In this document: piece by piece, positions 19,047 through 29,307 of the stretch
Numbering within the stretch: the stretch's first letter is position 1
Layout: each line of letters opens with the position of its first letter
Source: Actinomycetota bacterium
GTDB taxonomy: Bacteria > Actinomycetota > Actinomycetes > Nanopelagicales > Nanopelagicaceae
Direction: 5' to 3'
Length of the DNA stretch: 64,000 bases
Assembly (NCBI GenBank): GCA_037134955.1
Contig: JBAXLF010000001.1
Location: 10,099 to 74,098, forward strand
Position numbers and translations under genes: made by a program
Notes under the pieces: generated by a model
Told to the model about the DNA's origin: nothing
Database searches by the model: none
The model's input: the letters and a program-made list of their open reading frames with translations, nothing else

Positions 19047-19881
19047 CGTAGGCACCCTTCGCAGGTCGGCGGCGGCGAGCTAGGACATCAACTCCGGGAG
19101 CCATTCTTCGTGATTGAATAAGAAAACCAGTATGGCCAATCATCCGCTGTTGTGGCCGTACCGCCAGCCCCTCGTGATGCCAACCGCGAACAATAGTTTC
19201 AGAGCTCTCTGGTTCGGTGAAGTGCCCGTTCTCCTTCAGCGCTTCTGCAGTTGCCGATAACTGAGTTGTGGTTGCAACATACGCGAGAAATACTCCGCCG
19301 GGACGTAAGACTTTCGCAGCCATTTCAACGCACTCCCAAGGCGCGAGCATGTCGAGAATGACGCGATCGAAGTCGTTCTCAAACTCTTGTTCTTGCACCG
19401 ATCCGACATCAAGGCGCCAATTGTTAGGTTTTTCGCCGAAGTAGTTGGTGATATTCGCAGTTGCGTTATCGGCGAAATCTTGGCGACGTTCGACGGAGTG
19501 AACGAACCCTTCAACTCCAACTGCGCGTAACAGTGAGAGCGTTAGCGCGCCACTTCCGACACCTGCTTCTAGAACTCTTGATCCAGGATAGATATCTGCG
19601 ACACCAACAATCATCGCTGCATCTTTAGGGTAAACGATAGTTGCACCGCGCGGCATGGAGAGAACGTAATCAGCCAGAAGTGGAATGAATGCGGTGAACT
19701 TCAAACCTGCAGTAGTGCTGACTACTGAACCTTCTGGAAGTCCGATCAAATCATCATGAGTGATCCACCCTTTATGGGTATGCCACTCTTTTCCGGGCGT
19801 GATGGTGAAGCTATATAACTTTCCTTTGGTATCGGTCAGTTGAACTCGATCGCCAGCTTGGAAGTAACCACGTTTAGACAC
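19030..19881 (-). CDS. trmI: tRNA (adenine58-N1)-methyltransferase
   Basis: MPRGATIVYPKD, EAGVGSGALT, LDMLAPWE, MIGHTGFL. Confidence 0.95.
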   Translation of the reverse strand: MSKRGYFQAGDRVQLTDTKGKLYSFTITPGKEWHTHKGWITHDDLIGLPEGSVVSTTAGLKFTAFIPLLADYVLSMPRGATIVYPKDAAMIVGVADIYPGSRVLEAGVGSGALTLSLLRAVGVEGFVHSVERRQDFADNATANITNYFGEKPNNWRLDVGSVQEQEFENDFDRVILDMLAPWECVEMAAKVLRPGGVFLAYVATTTQLSATAEALKENGHFTEPESSETIVRGWHHEGLAVRPQQRMIGHTGFLIQSRRMAPGVDVLARRRRPAKGAYGVAEE

Positions 19882-19940
19882 ATGCGCATCTTAGGTTAAA
19901 GCCGCTCAACTTTTTCATCGCGCGCTGTATCGTCAGCACG

Positions 19941-20693
19941 GTGGAACCGCTTCGCCTATCCCCCAGCCGTATGAATGATTTCACCAACTGCCCGCAGCTC
20001 TATAAATACCGCGCAGTTGACCAGTTACCCGAACCTCCAAGTATTGATGCAGAACGCGGCAAACTCATCCACGCCGTACTCGAAGATCTCTTTGAACTTC
20101 CAGCCGCCGCGCGCACCCTCGAGAAGGCCACAGATCTACTGCCAGAAAAGTGGATGGAACAAGTAACTGCACTGCCAGAGCTGAAGACGCTAGTGCTTGA
20201 TGAGAAAGAGTGGTTCGACCGCGCCAATTCGTTATTGGCAAATTACTTCTCGCTCGAGAAGCCGGATTCCTTTGATTCCACCTATCGCGAGCTACATCTC
20301 GAACGAGACATCTCCCCTGAAATCTATTTACATGGATATGTCGATCGGCTCGACATCGCACCCACGGGTGAAGTTCGTATCGTGGATTATAAAACTGGAA
20401 AATCACCGAAGCCCGGATGGGAAGAGAAGGCGCTCTTTCAATTGCGTGTGTATGCACTTCTCTATTGGCAGAACCAAGGAGTTCTGCCGAAACTGCTGCA
20501 GCTGATTTATCTGGGTGATTCGCGTATCGTGAAGAGTAGTCCGACCGAGGCGCAACTACTTTCCACCGAAAAGATTCTTAAAAATATCGGCGATGAGATT
20601 CTCACCGCCCTTCAGACGCAACATTTCCCCACCAAGAAATCGAGGCTCTGCGATTGGTGCTTCTTTAAAGCTATCTGCCCCGCCCACAATTAA
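19941..20693 (+). CDS. RecB-family / Cas4-like PD-(D/E)XK nuclease with Fe-S cysteines (Rv2119-like)
   Basis: LSPSR...NCP, GYVDRLD, IVDYKTGK, QLRVYAL, CDWCFFKAICP; divergent from trmI as is usual in actinobacteria. Confidence 0.88.
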   Translation: MEPLRLSPSRMNDFTNCPQLYKYRAVDQLPEPPSIDAERGKLIHAVLEDLFELPAAARTLEKATDLLPEKWMEQVTALPELKTLVLDEKEWFDRANSLLANYFSLEKPDSFDSTYRELHLERDISPEIYLHGYVDRLDIAPTGEVRIVDYKTGKSPKPGWEEKALFQLRVYALLYWQNQGVLPKLLQLIYLGDSRIVKSSPTEAQLLSTEKILKNIGDEILTALQTQHFPTKKSRLCDWCFFKAICPAHN

Positions 20694-23600
20694 TTAGTTG
20701 GCGTTAAAGTACTTCGCTTCAGGGTGGTGGACGATGATAGCCGATGTTGATTGCTCGGGATGAAGTTGGAACTCTTCGGAAAGTTCTACTCCGATGCGAC
20801 CTGGTTCTAGCAGCTCACAGAGTTGAGTCTGTTGTTCGATATCAGGACATGCTGGATATCCAAATGAGTACCGCGAACCACGATAACCCTGATCCAAAAT
20901 CCCTTGCAAATCCGCTGAATCTTCATCTCGCACTGATAGTTCTTCACGGATACGCGCATGCCAGTACTCGGCTAATGCTTCGGTGAGTTGAACTGAGAGT
21001 CCATGGAGCTCTAAGTAATCACGATATGCATCTGCAGCAAAGAGTTCATTCGCCGCTTTACTGATGGTATTTCCCATAGTGACAACATGGAAAGCCACAA
21101 CATCGACCTTTCCGGAATCTTTTGCAGCAAAGAAGTCAGATAAGCATAATCTGCGATCACGCGATTGACGTGGGAAGGAGAAGCGCACTCGCTCCTGACC
21201 TTCTAGCGGTCCTTCGTGATGGAGAATAATTAAATCATTTCCCTCGGATACACATGGGAAGTAACCGTAGACAACTGCCGCTTCTAACCAACTATTAGAT
21301 TGCACATCGTTGAGCAACTTACGTAGACGTGGGCGACCTTCATTCTCGGCCATTGATTCATATTCACCGCGCGCACCTTTAAGTCCCCATTGCCCCATGA
21401 AGAGAGCCCGCTCATCGAGCATTCCAACGTAATCAGCAAGGGGAATTCCCTTCACAATACGACTACCAAAGAATGGAGCTTTGGGAATAGCAATATCAAT
21501 TGCAACATCGCTTCTGACGGTATCAATGACAGAGTTCTCTTCTCTGTTGCGCGATACTGCCTTCACTTTTCGCTCTCGCAACGCTGGAAGTTCGGCGCCT
21601 TCATCTCCACGTTTTACCGCCATGATGGCATCCATCAAACGCAAACCTTCGAAGGCATCGCGCGCATAGCGTACTTCGCCAGGAAAGATCGCAGCTAAAT
21701 CTTGTTCTACATATGCGCGAGTGAGTGCCGCTCCCCCGAGAACGACTGGCCATTTATCAGCCAAACCGCGCGAGGTGATCTCTTCCAAATTCTCTTTCAT
21801 AATCACAGTTGATTTCACGAGGAGTCCAGACATACCAACTGCATCGACTTCATGCTCAAGTGCAGCATCGATAATCTGATTGATGGTCTGCTTTATTCCG
21901 ATATTCACTACCTGGTAGCCGTTATTGGTCAAGATAATGTCAACGAGATTCTTACCAATATCGTGGACATCGCCTTTTACGGTAGCGAGCAACATGCGAC
22001 CTCGTCCTCCGCCATCAGTCTTCTCCATATGTGGTTCGAGGTAGGCAACTGCAGATTTCATGACCTCCGCGCTCTGCAACACGAATGGAAGTTGCATCTC
22101 GCCCTTACCAAAGAGCTCGCCGACAACCTTCATTCCCTCAAGTAGGTGATCATTGATAATCGCTAGTGGCGAGATGCTCTCGGCCATGGCGCTATCGAGA
22201 TCATCGTTGAGACCCACTTTTTCGCCGTCAATGATTCTGCGCTCTAAGCGTTCGCGCAGCGGCAGCGCTGCAAGTTCAGAGGCGCGAACATTGCGTGAGG
22301 CTGCGAGTTCAACACCTTCGAAGAGTTGTAGGAATTCCTGAAGCGGATCGTAAGTACATGTATCGCCATCGTAGACACGGCGATCGTAGATGAGATCGAG
22401 CGCAACTTCCTTGTGTCTCTCTTCGATACGCGCCATCGGCATAATTTTCGAGGGATGAACAATGGCTGAATCAAGTCCGGCCGCAACACATTCATGGAGA
22501 AATACTGAGTTCAATACAACGCGAGATGCGGCATTAAGTCCGAAGGAGACGTTGCTGACTCCCAGGGTGGTCTGTACATCAGGAAATTCGGTCTTCAAGG
22601 TGCGGATGGCGTTAATGGTTTCAAGGCCGTCGCGACGTGTCTCCTCTTGACCGGTGGCGATTGGAAAAGTGAGTGTGTCGATCAAAATGTCGCCGACGGC
22701 AATGCCCCAGTTAGAGGTGAGATCTTTGATCAACCTGCGCGCGACGCGTAACTTCCATTCTGCAGTGCGCGCCTGTCCTTCTTCATCGATGGTGAGCGCA
22801 ACTACCGATGCTCCATGCTCTTGAACGAGCGGCATGATGCGAGCAAAACGTGATGTAGGCCCATCGCCATCTTCATAGTTTACGGAGTTGATAACACATC
22901 TTCCGCCTAGAGCTTCAAGACCAGCCTTAAGAACAGCCGGTTCAGTCGAATCGAGAACAATGGGAAGAGTTGATGCAGTTGCGAAACGCGAGGCAATCTC
23001 AGTCATATCGCGAACACCGTCGCGCCCCACGTAATCGACAGATAAGTCGAGCATATGAGCGCCATCGCGAATCTGATCTCGAGCTATCTCGACGCAGGTT
23101 GACCAATCTTCTGCGACGAGTGCATCACGGAATGCTCGTGAGCCGTTGGCATTGGTTCGCTCACCTATCGCCATGTAAGTCTTATCTTGTCTAAAAGGAA
23201 CGTACTGATAGAGAGAAGAAGCGCCCGGATCTAATTCGGTCTTTCTCTGCTTGAGCACGTGTCCTCCGAGCAGATTTACAACAGCGGCTAAATGTTCGGG
23301 AGTAGTTCCACAACAACCACCAATCAGAGCGATTCCATAATCTGTAACGAAGGTGGCTAGCGCCTTAGCCAATTCATCAGGGCCAAGTGGGTACTCCGCG
23401 CCTTTGGCTCCGAGAATAGGAAGACCAGCATTGGGCATGACCGAAATTTCGCATTGTGCATTCTTTGACAGGTAGCGAAGATGCTCTGACATTTCCGCAG
23501 GACCAGTTGCACAGTTCAGACCAATGAGATCGATATCAAGCGGTTCGAGGGCGTTGAGAGCTGCGCCGATTTCTGAACCCAACAACATAGTTCCGGTTGT

Positions 23601-24209
23601 TTCAACAGTGACTTGCGCAATGAGAACAACATCCCTTTGTGATTCTGTAATTGCTCGACGAGCGCCATTAACCGCAGACTTTGCTTGCAATAAATCTTGC
23701 GTTGTCTCGATGAGTAACGCATCAGCACCGGCATCGACCAAACCTTTGGAAGCGAGGTAGTAAGCGTCCTTGAGGTGTGCATATGTTGTGTGGCCAAGAC
23801 TGGGAAGTTTGGTTCCGGGCCCAAGAGAGCCTAAGACGAAACGTGGTTGATCTGGAGTTGTAAATGCATCTGCGGCTTCGCGCGCAATCTTGCCGCCAGC
23901 GAATGCCAATTCGTAGATGCGATCTTCGATTCCATACTCGGCCAAATTCGCCCAGTTGGCACCAAAGGTATTTGTCTCAATGGCATCCACACCAACTGCC
24001 AAGTAGGCGTCGTGTACAGAGCGGACTAAATCAGGTCGAGTGACGTTGAGAATCTCATTGCAACCCTCATGGTTCTGGAAATCTTCAAGTGAGGGATCGG
24101 CAGCCTGCAGCATCGTTCCCATTGCGCCATCGGCGATGACGGTGCGGGTAGCCAGAGCGCGCCGAAGAGCGCCATCGACCTTCTTGATATCTGCGGGAGC
24201 GCTCGTCAC
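20694..24209 (-). CDS. metH: Cobalamin-dependent methionine synthase
   Basis: DGAMGT, LNCATGP, GGCCGT, IGERTNANGS, B12 motif GDVHDIGKN, RYSFGYPACP. Confidence 0.98.
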   Translation of the reverse strand: MTSAPADIKKVDGALRRALATRTVIADGAMGTMLQAADPSLEDFQNHEGCNEILNVTRPDLVRSVHDAYLAVGVDAIETNTFGANWANLAEYGIEDRIYELAFAGGKIAREAADAFTTPDQPRFVLGSLGPGTKLPSLGHTTYAHLKDAYYLASKGLVDAGADALLIETTQDLLQAKSAVNGARRAITESQRDVVLIAQVTVETTGTMLLGSEIGAALNALEPLDIDLIGLNCATGPAEMSEHLRYLSKNAQCEISVMPNAGLPILGAKGAEYPLGPDELAKALATFVTDYGIALIGGCCGTTPEHLAAVVNLLGGHVLKQRKTELDPGASSLYQYVPFRQDKTYMAIGERTNANGSRAFRDALVAEDWSTCVEIARDQIRDGAHMLDLSVDYVGRDGVRDMTEIASRFATASTLPIVLDSTEPAVLKAGLEALGGRCVINSVNYEDGDGPTSRFARIMPLVQEHGASVVALTIDEEGQARTAEWKLRVARRLIKDLTSNWGIAVGDILIDTLTFPIATGQEETRRDGLETINAIRTLKTEFPDVQTTLGVSNVSFGLNAASRVVLNSVFLHECVAAGLDSAIVHPSKIMPMARIEERHKEVALDLIYDRRVYDGDTCTYDPLQEFLQLFEGVELAASRNVRASELAALPLRERLERRIIDGEKVGLNDDLDSAMAESISPLAIINDHLLEGMKVVGELFGKGEMQLPFVLQSAEVMKSAVAYLEPHMEKTDGGGRGRMLLATVKGDVHDIGKNLVDIILTNNGYQVVNIGIKQTINQIIDAALEHEVDAVGMSGLLVKSTVIMKENLEEITSRGLADKWPVVLGGAALTRAYVEQDLAAIFPGEVRYARDAFEGLRLMDAIMAVKRGDEGAELPALRERKVKAVSRNREENSVIDTVRSDVAIDIAIPKAPFFGSRIVKGIPLADYVGMLDERALFMGQWGLKGARGEYESMAENEGRPRLRKLLNDVQSNSWLEAAVVYGYFPCVSEGNDLIILHHEGPLEGQERVRFSFPRQSRDRRLCLSDFFAAKDSGKVDVVAFHVVTMGNTISKAANELFAADAYRDYLELHGLSVQLTEALAEYWHARIREELSVRDEDSADLQGILDQGYRGSRYSFGYPACPDIEQQTQLCELLEPGRIGVELSEEFQLHPEQSTSAIIVHHPEAKYFNAN

Positions 24210-24216
24210 AGCGCTG

Positions 24217-24231
24217 AGGTTACCTTAAGGT
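24217..24231. promoter_or_regulatory. Back-to-back -10 boxes for leaderless metH (-) and the PAC2-family gene (+)
   Basis: TAACCT on - (24222-24217) is 7 nt before the metH GTG; TAAGGT on + (24226-24231) is 6 nt before ATG 24238. Confidence 0.65.
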
Positions 24232-24237
24232 GTCGTT

Positions 24238-25101
24238 ATGGAGATTCACCAAATACCTGCGCTTCGTTCACCAGTGATGGTTATCGCCTTCTCCGGATGG
24301 AATGATGCTGGAGAAGCTGCCACTGGTGCTGCAGCGCATCTACTTGGTTCGTGGGCTGACTCACAGAGTGATGTTGTTCCGGAATTGATTGCAGATGTTG
24401 ATGCCGAAGAGTTTTACGACTTTCAAGTCAATCGCCCCACTGTTGTCGTTGATGAATCAAGTATCCGCAGTCTCACGTGGCCAGGAACCCAAGTCTTCGG
24501 ACTACGCACCCCTGAACTTGGCCATGATTTCGTAGTAATCAGTGGCGTAGAACCTTCTATGAAATGGAAGACATTCACCGCAAATATTCTTGATCTCGCC
24601 GATGACTTAGAAGTAGATATGGTGATCACACTTGGTTCGATGTTGGCCGACACTCCCCACACCCGTCCCATAACAGTCAGCGGTAGTGGGGCGCATCCTG
24701 AGATAGCGCAACGTCTTGGGGTTGAGATTAGTCGATATGAAGGTCCAACCGGAATTCTCGGTGTCATCCAAGATGCCTGTGTTCGTCGTGGGATTGATGC
24801 GATTTCTTTATGGGCTGCAATTCCGCATTATGCATCGGCTTCCCCATCTCCCAAGGCCACTCTTGCACTGATTAATGCCCTCGAGGATTTCTTGGAGATT
24901 TCACTGCCGCAAGGAGATCTGCATAGTGAATCAAATCAATGGGAAGTCGATGTCTCCGAGATGGCGAGAGAAGATAGCGATGTAGCTGAATATGTAAAGG
25001 CGCTTGAGGAGAGTAAAGATGCTGCTGAATTACCAGAAGTCTCTGGCGAATCTATCGCTCGCGAACTAGAACGATTTTTGCGTAGGCAGCGCGAAAACTA
25101 A
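24238..25101 (+). CDS. PAC2-family protein
   Basis: AFSGWNDAGEAA, FYDFQVNRP, GVEP, PHTRP, YEGPTGI, WAAIPHY, PSPKA. Confidence 0.9.
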   Translation: MEIHQIPALRSPVMVIAFSGWNDAGEAATGAAAHLLGSWADSQSDVVPELIADVDAEEFYDFQVNRPTVVVDESSIRSLTWPGTQVFGLRTPELGHDFVVISGVEPSMKWKTFTANILDLADDLEVDMVITLGSMLADTPHTRPITVSGSGAHPEIAQRLGVEISRYEGPTGILGVIQDACVRRGIDAISLWAAIPHYASASPSPKATLALINALEDFLEISLPQGDLHSESNQWEVDVSEMAREDSDVAEYVKALEESKDAAELPEVSGESIARELERFLRRQREN

Positions 25102-26339
25102 AGAGCGATACCCAACAAGGTGTCGAGCGCGCGGGAAAGTTCTCCGGCTTCTCCCCCTGTTTCTCCAGCCTCAGTAGCGTCCATCCAGCGACGAATGCTT
25201 TCCAAAGCCCCAGCAGTGTCGAGATTATTAGATAGAGCAACAATGATTTCTAGGATGAGAGAGTCAGTGGGAGCAACTTCCATCTTTGCTAAATTGAGTT
25301 GTAATCGCTCAACATCGTTCTGCGCACTCGCTAAGAGCGATTCACTCCACATGAGATCTGCTCTGTAAGGTCGACCCATGAGGGCCCAACGAATTGCTAC
25401 TGGGTTTACTCCAGCTTGGATAAGTTTCGAAACAAAGACTAAGTTGCCAAGAGACTTGCTCATCTTCTCGCCGTCGAGTCCGATCATTCCCGTGTGGATA
25501 TATGTGCGAGCAAACTTCTGGCCATTGATGGCACGACTTTGCGACGCAGACATTTCGTGGTGCGGGAAGATCAAATCGCTCCCACCACCTTGGATATCAA
25601 TCGCGTAAGTATCGGTAGGTTCGGGTTTGAGGTAGTGCAGTGCAATCGCACAACATTCGATATGCCAGCCAGGACGACCGGGTCCAAATGGGCTGGGCCA
25701 GCCAGGTTCTCCCTCACGTTGAGCGAGCCACACGAGTGCATCGAGAGGATCTTCTTTACCCGCCTTGGTTGGATCACCACCACGTTCGGCAAAGATGGTC
25801 AACATCTCTTCTTGCGATAGATGAGAGCGTGCACCGAATTCATTATCGCTGCGGACACGGAAATAGAGATCGGAGTCGACTAGATAAGTGGTCTTTGCAT
25901 CGCGTAGCTTCTGCACCGAATCGACGACCAAATCCATCGCTTCAACAACTCCGATGTAGTGATCCGGTGGAATTATGTGCAAATCTGTCATATCGCCGCG
26001 GAAGAGATCAATCTGCGACTTGGCTAAATCTTGCCAGGTAACTCCATCGCGAAGTGCGCGTTCGAGTAGTGGGTCATCGATATCAGTGATGTTTTCTACG
26101 AAAATTACTTGTGAACCAGAGGCACGAAGATAGCGATTGATCAGATCAAAAGTCAGATACGTTGCGGCATGACCGAGATGGGTTGCGTCGTAGGGAGTAA
26201 TTCCGCAGACGTACATGCGATAGAGCTCTTTCTGCTCCAATCTTTCGATTTTTTCAGTTTCGGTATTGAATAGCGAAAGCGCGGGAACCGAGAAGCGAGG
26301 CGCTAACTTCGGAAGATAAACCTGAGGCCACGAACGCAT
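25098..26339 (-). CDS. mshC: Cysteine:GlcN-Ins ligase (mycothiol biosynthesis)
   Basis: MYVCGITPYDATHLGHAATY, GRPGWHIEC, GGGSDLIFPHHE, KMSKS; no CysRS anticodon-binding domain. Confidence 0.95.
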   Translation of the reverse strand: MRSWPQVYLPKLAPRFSVPALSLFNTETEKIERLEQKELYRMYVCGITPYDATHLGHAATYLTFDLINRYLRASGSQVIFVENITDIDDPLLERALRDGVTWQDLAKSQIDLFRGDMTDLHIIPPDHYIGVVEAMDLVVDSVQKLRDAKTTYLVDSDLYFRVRSDNEFGARSHLSQEEMLTIFAERGGDPTKAGKEDPLDALVWLAQREGEPGWPSPFGPGRPGWHIECCAIALHYLKPEPTDTYAIDIQGGGSDLIFPHHEMSASQSRAINGQKFARTYIHTGMIGLDGEKMSKSLGNLVFVSKLIQAGVNPVAIRWALMGRPYRADLMWSESLLASAQNDVERLQLNLAKMEVAPTDSLILEIIVALSNNLDTAGALESIRRWMDATEAGETGGEAGELSRALDTLLGIAL

Positions 26340-26353
26340 ATGCAGAACCTAAC

Positions 26354-27055
26354 TTAAAAGGGCGGCCAGGGCACGGCCGGCCAATCTTCGCTCGGTGATG
26401 GGAATCGCTCTTGCTCTAACAGCCGTTGGATACGCATTACTAGGGCATCAAATTCATCTTCGGTAATGAGTTCCAGTATCTCGCTTGGATCCTTTTGTAG
26501 CACCTGCAATAAATCTTGGAGAATGGCTTTCTCTTCTTCAGTCAACGGTTTATCTGCCCACTGCCATAGAACTGTTCGCAACTTATCTTCCTCGTGGAAG
26601 GTCACTCCGTGATCGCATCCACGTAGATCGCCCTCAACTGTTGGCAACAAGTGGCCAATCTTGCGGTCGGTGTTATTGATTACCGCATCAAAGAGCGCCA
26701 TCTTCCGCAACCGTGGATCATCGGTACGATAGAACTCTGCTAGGTCTACCTCTTCATCAATATCAATCCACTGCTGCACCATGCCAACGCCGAATGGGCC
26801 ATCGCGCAGAACAGTTGGTGGAACCACCGAGAATTTTCCGATCTCGCTGATTCGATAAGCGGCGTATTCACGTTGCGCTAAGTTTCCATCCGGAAAATCC
26901 CAGAGGGGGCGTTCGCCTGCAACTGGCTTGTAGATCACTGGGATACTTTTTTCTGCGTAGGTACAGCTGGCATAGAGCGTGGCATTAGATGCATCAACCA
27001 ATCGACCGGTTACCTCTAGCTCACCGAATTCGAGGTGTTCGAGCAGTTCATTCAT
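26354..27055 (-). CDS. SCO1664-family protein (PI-kinase-like fold)
   Basis: ASNAT, YKPVAGERPLWDFPDG, NNTDRKIGH, DHGVTF, C-terminal PAVPWPPF; start at ATG 27055. Confidence 0.88.
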   Translation of the reverse strand: MNELLEHLEFGELEVTGRLVDASNATLYASCTYAEKSIPVIYKPVAGERPLWDFPDGNLAQREYAAYRISEIGKFSVVPPTVLRDGPFGVGMVQQWIDIDEEVDLAEFYRTDDPRLRKMALFDAVINNTDRKIGHLLPTVEGDLRGCDHGVTFHEEDKLRTVLWQWADKPLTEEEKAILQDLLQVLQKDPSEILELITEDEFDALVMRIQRLLEQERFPSPSEDWPAVPWPPF

Positions 27056-27603
27056 CGGCGATAACCATTTGCTCGAGGACAGAGATGACCTTTCGGATCT
27101 AACGGCCCTCCACAGAATGGACATGGTTGGCGACCTGCTCCAACAACTACCTGGGCGCGTTTTGCAAACTTATCCGCTTCACTCGGAGAGATGAGAACAC
27201 GCAGAACATCTTGATCACCGCTGAGATCATCAACGTCGATAAATTCAGGTTCATCCGAACTCTCCTCGGCCACAGCCTGCAGATCTATTTGAATCAAGCT
27301 CGTTTCTGCTTCGAAGGCTAAACCAATGATCCCGACGCGGAACTCCTCTTCGATGGGAGTAGATAGCGGCGCATCATCTTTGGGCAAGCGACCTATAGCG
27401 ATTGTGGGATCACTCTGCTTTATTTCGCGCAGCATATACACGAGACGTTCGGCTAGCGCTAAGACTTGTGTCTTTTCGAGTGAGACTGAGATCAAACGGG
27501 AACCTTGCTGGGCTTGGATAAAGAAGGTTCTCTCTCCTGGCTGACCGACTGTTCCGGCTACGAAGCGATCCGGCGCGTCGAAGAGAAGTATGCGACCCTT
27601 CAT
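27052..27603 (-). CDS. DUF3090-family protein
   Basis: FVAGTVGQPGERTFFIQA, LEKTQV, GRQPCPFCGGPLDPKGHLCPRANG. Confidence 0.88.
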   Translation of the reverse strand: MKGRILLFDAPDRFVAGTVGQPGERTFFIQAQQGSRLISVSLEKTQVLALAERLVYMLREIKQSDPTIAIGRLPKDDAPLSTPIEEEFRVGIIGLAFEAETSLIQIDLQAVAEESSDEPEFIDVDDLSGDQDVLRVLISPSEADKFAKRAQVVVGAGRQPCPFCGGPLDPKGHLCPRANGYRR

Positions 27604-28292
27604 CGCTTCTTTCCGCGCAGATTTCCGGCACCGCCACCCAAAAGCACTTTGGATGATTTCTGAGTCTTGAGCATAGGTTCGATTTTAGTTTTAGTGTCAT
27701 TAAACATAATCAAACGTGCACCCTCGGCATCGACATCAAGGATGGTGATCGATGCGGGATCTACAACCAAACTTTGAAAGTTATCGAGTTTGAGATTGAT
27801 TAGGCCGGCGATAATCGCTTTGATGACATCTCCGTGGCTGACAAGTAGGTGTGAACCGTTCTTCTTAGAAGCTACTGCTTCATAGACGGAAGCCAGAGCG
27901 CGCTTTTGCATCGCTGAAAAACGTTCACCTTCGGGGAACTTCACCTTGCTAGGAGTGCTTTGAATAATCTTCCATAACGGCTCTCTTCGTAAACTGGAGA
28001 GTTTTCGTCCGCTCCATTTCCCGTAATTCATCTCGATCAAGCCATCATCGAGTCGGTAATTGTTGAGAGCGCGAGAATAGTGTGAAGAGATCCAAGGAGC
28101 TATCGTCTCCTCGCAACGTTGCATAGGGCTGACGAGAATCGAATCGAAATGCGATGCGCCAATACGTTCTGTCAGCTCGCGCGCTTGTCGGTTTCCATCC
28201 TTACTGAGAGATACGCCAGGCAATTGACCAGAGAGAACCCCAGCACTATTCGAAGTCGAATGTGCATGTCGGAGTAGAACAATCTTGGCCAC
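27600..28292 (-). CDS. Histidine phosphatase family protein (MSMEG_4193-like)
   Basis: LLRHAHS, SPMQRC, EMNYGKWSG, VSHGDVIKA; part of the mshC cluster. Confidence 0.88.
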   Translation of the reverse strand: MAKIVLLRHAHSTSNSAGVLSGQLPGVSLSKDGNRQARELTERIGASHFDSILVSPMQRCEETIAPWISSHYSRALNNYRLDDGLIEMNYGKWSGRKLSSLRREPLWKIIQSTPSKVKFPEGERFSAMQKRALASVYEAVASKKNGSHLLVSHGDVIKAIIAGLINLKLDNFQSLVVDPASITILDVDAEGARLIMFNDTKTKIEPMLKTQKSSKVLLGGGAGNLRGKKR

Positions 28293-28359
28293 AACACGAA
28301 GATTAACGCGATATTTGTCTTAACGATATTTGAGCGCTTACCTTGCTAGGGTCAGCGAT

Positions 28360-29307
28360 ATGGAGATGCGACGTGCCGGAAAGAGCGGATTAGAGCTCTC
28401 TCGTTTAGGACTCGGCACCATGACGTGGGGACGTGATACCGACACTCATGAGGCGGCGGATCAATGTCGCGCCTATATCGAAGCCGGTGGCAATTTCTTA
28501 GATACCGCTTCAACCTATGGCGATGGTGATAGTGAGCGCGTTATTGGTGGTTTGATCGGCACCCTCTTTCAACGCGCAGATGTTGCCATCGCTTCGAAAG
28601 CAGGAATTACCTTCCCTGATGGACATCGCACCATCAATAATTCTCGTCAGGCGCTCATTGCTGAATTAGATAAGTCGCTCGCCAGATTGGAGACCGATTA
28701 TCTCGATATTTGGCAGATTCATTCGTGGGATCCTTTTACTCCGCTTGAGGACACGCTCTCTGCTTTAGATTACGCATATTCATCAGGCAAAGCTCGCTAT
28801 GTGGGAATCAGTAATTTCTCTGGTTGGCAAAGTGCGCGTGCAATTACGATTCAAGAATCCAATTCAGCAAAAGCCCCCATCATTTCTCATCAAGTTGAGT
28901 ATTCACTTCTGAATCGCGAAGCCGAAGATGAGGTGCTCCCCTGCGCCGATGAAACTGGAATTGGAATACTCGCTTGGGCTCCGCTAGGCCGTGGTGTCTT
29001 AACTGGAAAATATCGCAACGGAATTCCAAATGATTCGCGCGCTGCCGCGCCTCACTTTGTCAAACATGTCGAACCATATCTGCGGCCCGATAGCACTCGG
29101 ATTGTCGAAGCGGTAACGGTTGCTGCACAGGGACTTGGTTTCTCACCCCTAGAGGTCGCTCTCGCATGGGTTCGCGATACACCAGGAATTACGAGCGCGA
29201 TAGTAGGAGCGCGCACTGGAGCTCAGATGCGCGGAATCTTGAAGAGTGAAGAAGTCACCTTGCCACAGGTTGTTCGCGATGCACTCGATGAGGTTTCAGC
29301 GCTCTAA
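28360..29307 (+). CDS. Aldo/keto reductase
   Basis: LGLGTMTWG, DTASTYG, SLARLETDYLD, GKARYVGISN, QVEYSLL, APLGRGVLTGKY; start at ATG 28360. Confidence 0.92.
   Translation: MEMRRAGKSGLELSRLGLGTMTWGRDTDTHEAADQCRAYIEAGGNFLDTASTYGDGDSERVIGGLIGTLFQRADVAIASKAGITFPDGHRTINNSRQALIAELDKSLARLETDYLDIWQIHSWDPFTPLEDTLSALDYAYSSGKARYVGISNFSGWQSARAITIQESNSAKAPIISHQVEYSLLNREAEDEVLPCADETGIGILAWAPLGRGVLTGKYRNGIPNDSRAAAPHFVKHVEPYLRPDSTRIVEAVTVAAQGLGFSPLEVALAWVRDTPGITSAIVGARTGAQMRGILKSEEVTLPQVVRDALDEVSAL

Noticed and set aside
17216-19055. Tandem WYL proteins as an anti-phage defence system
   Set aside because: Sequence motifs and position upstream of tatAC-helY identify them as housekeeping PafB and PafC.
19941-20693. 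Cas4-like nuclease as a sign of a CRISPR system
   Set aside because: No array or other cas genes are visible; this is the conserved solo RecB-family gene next to trmI.
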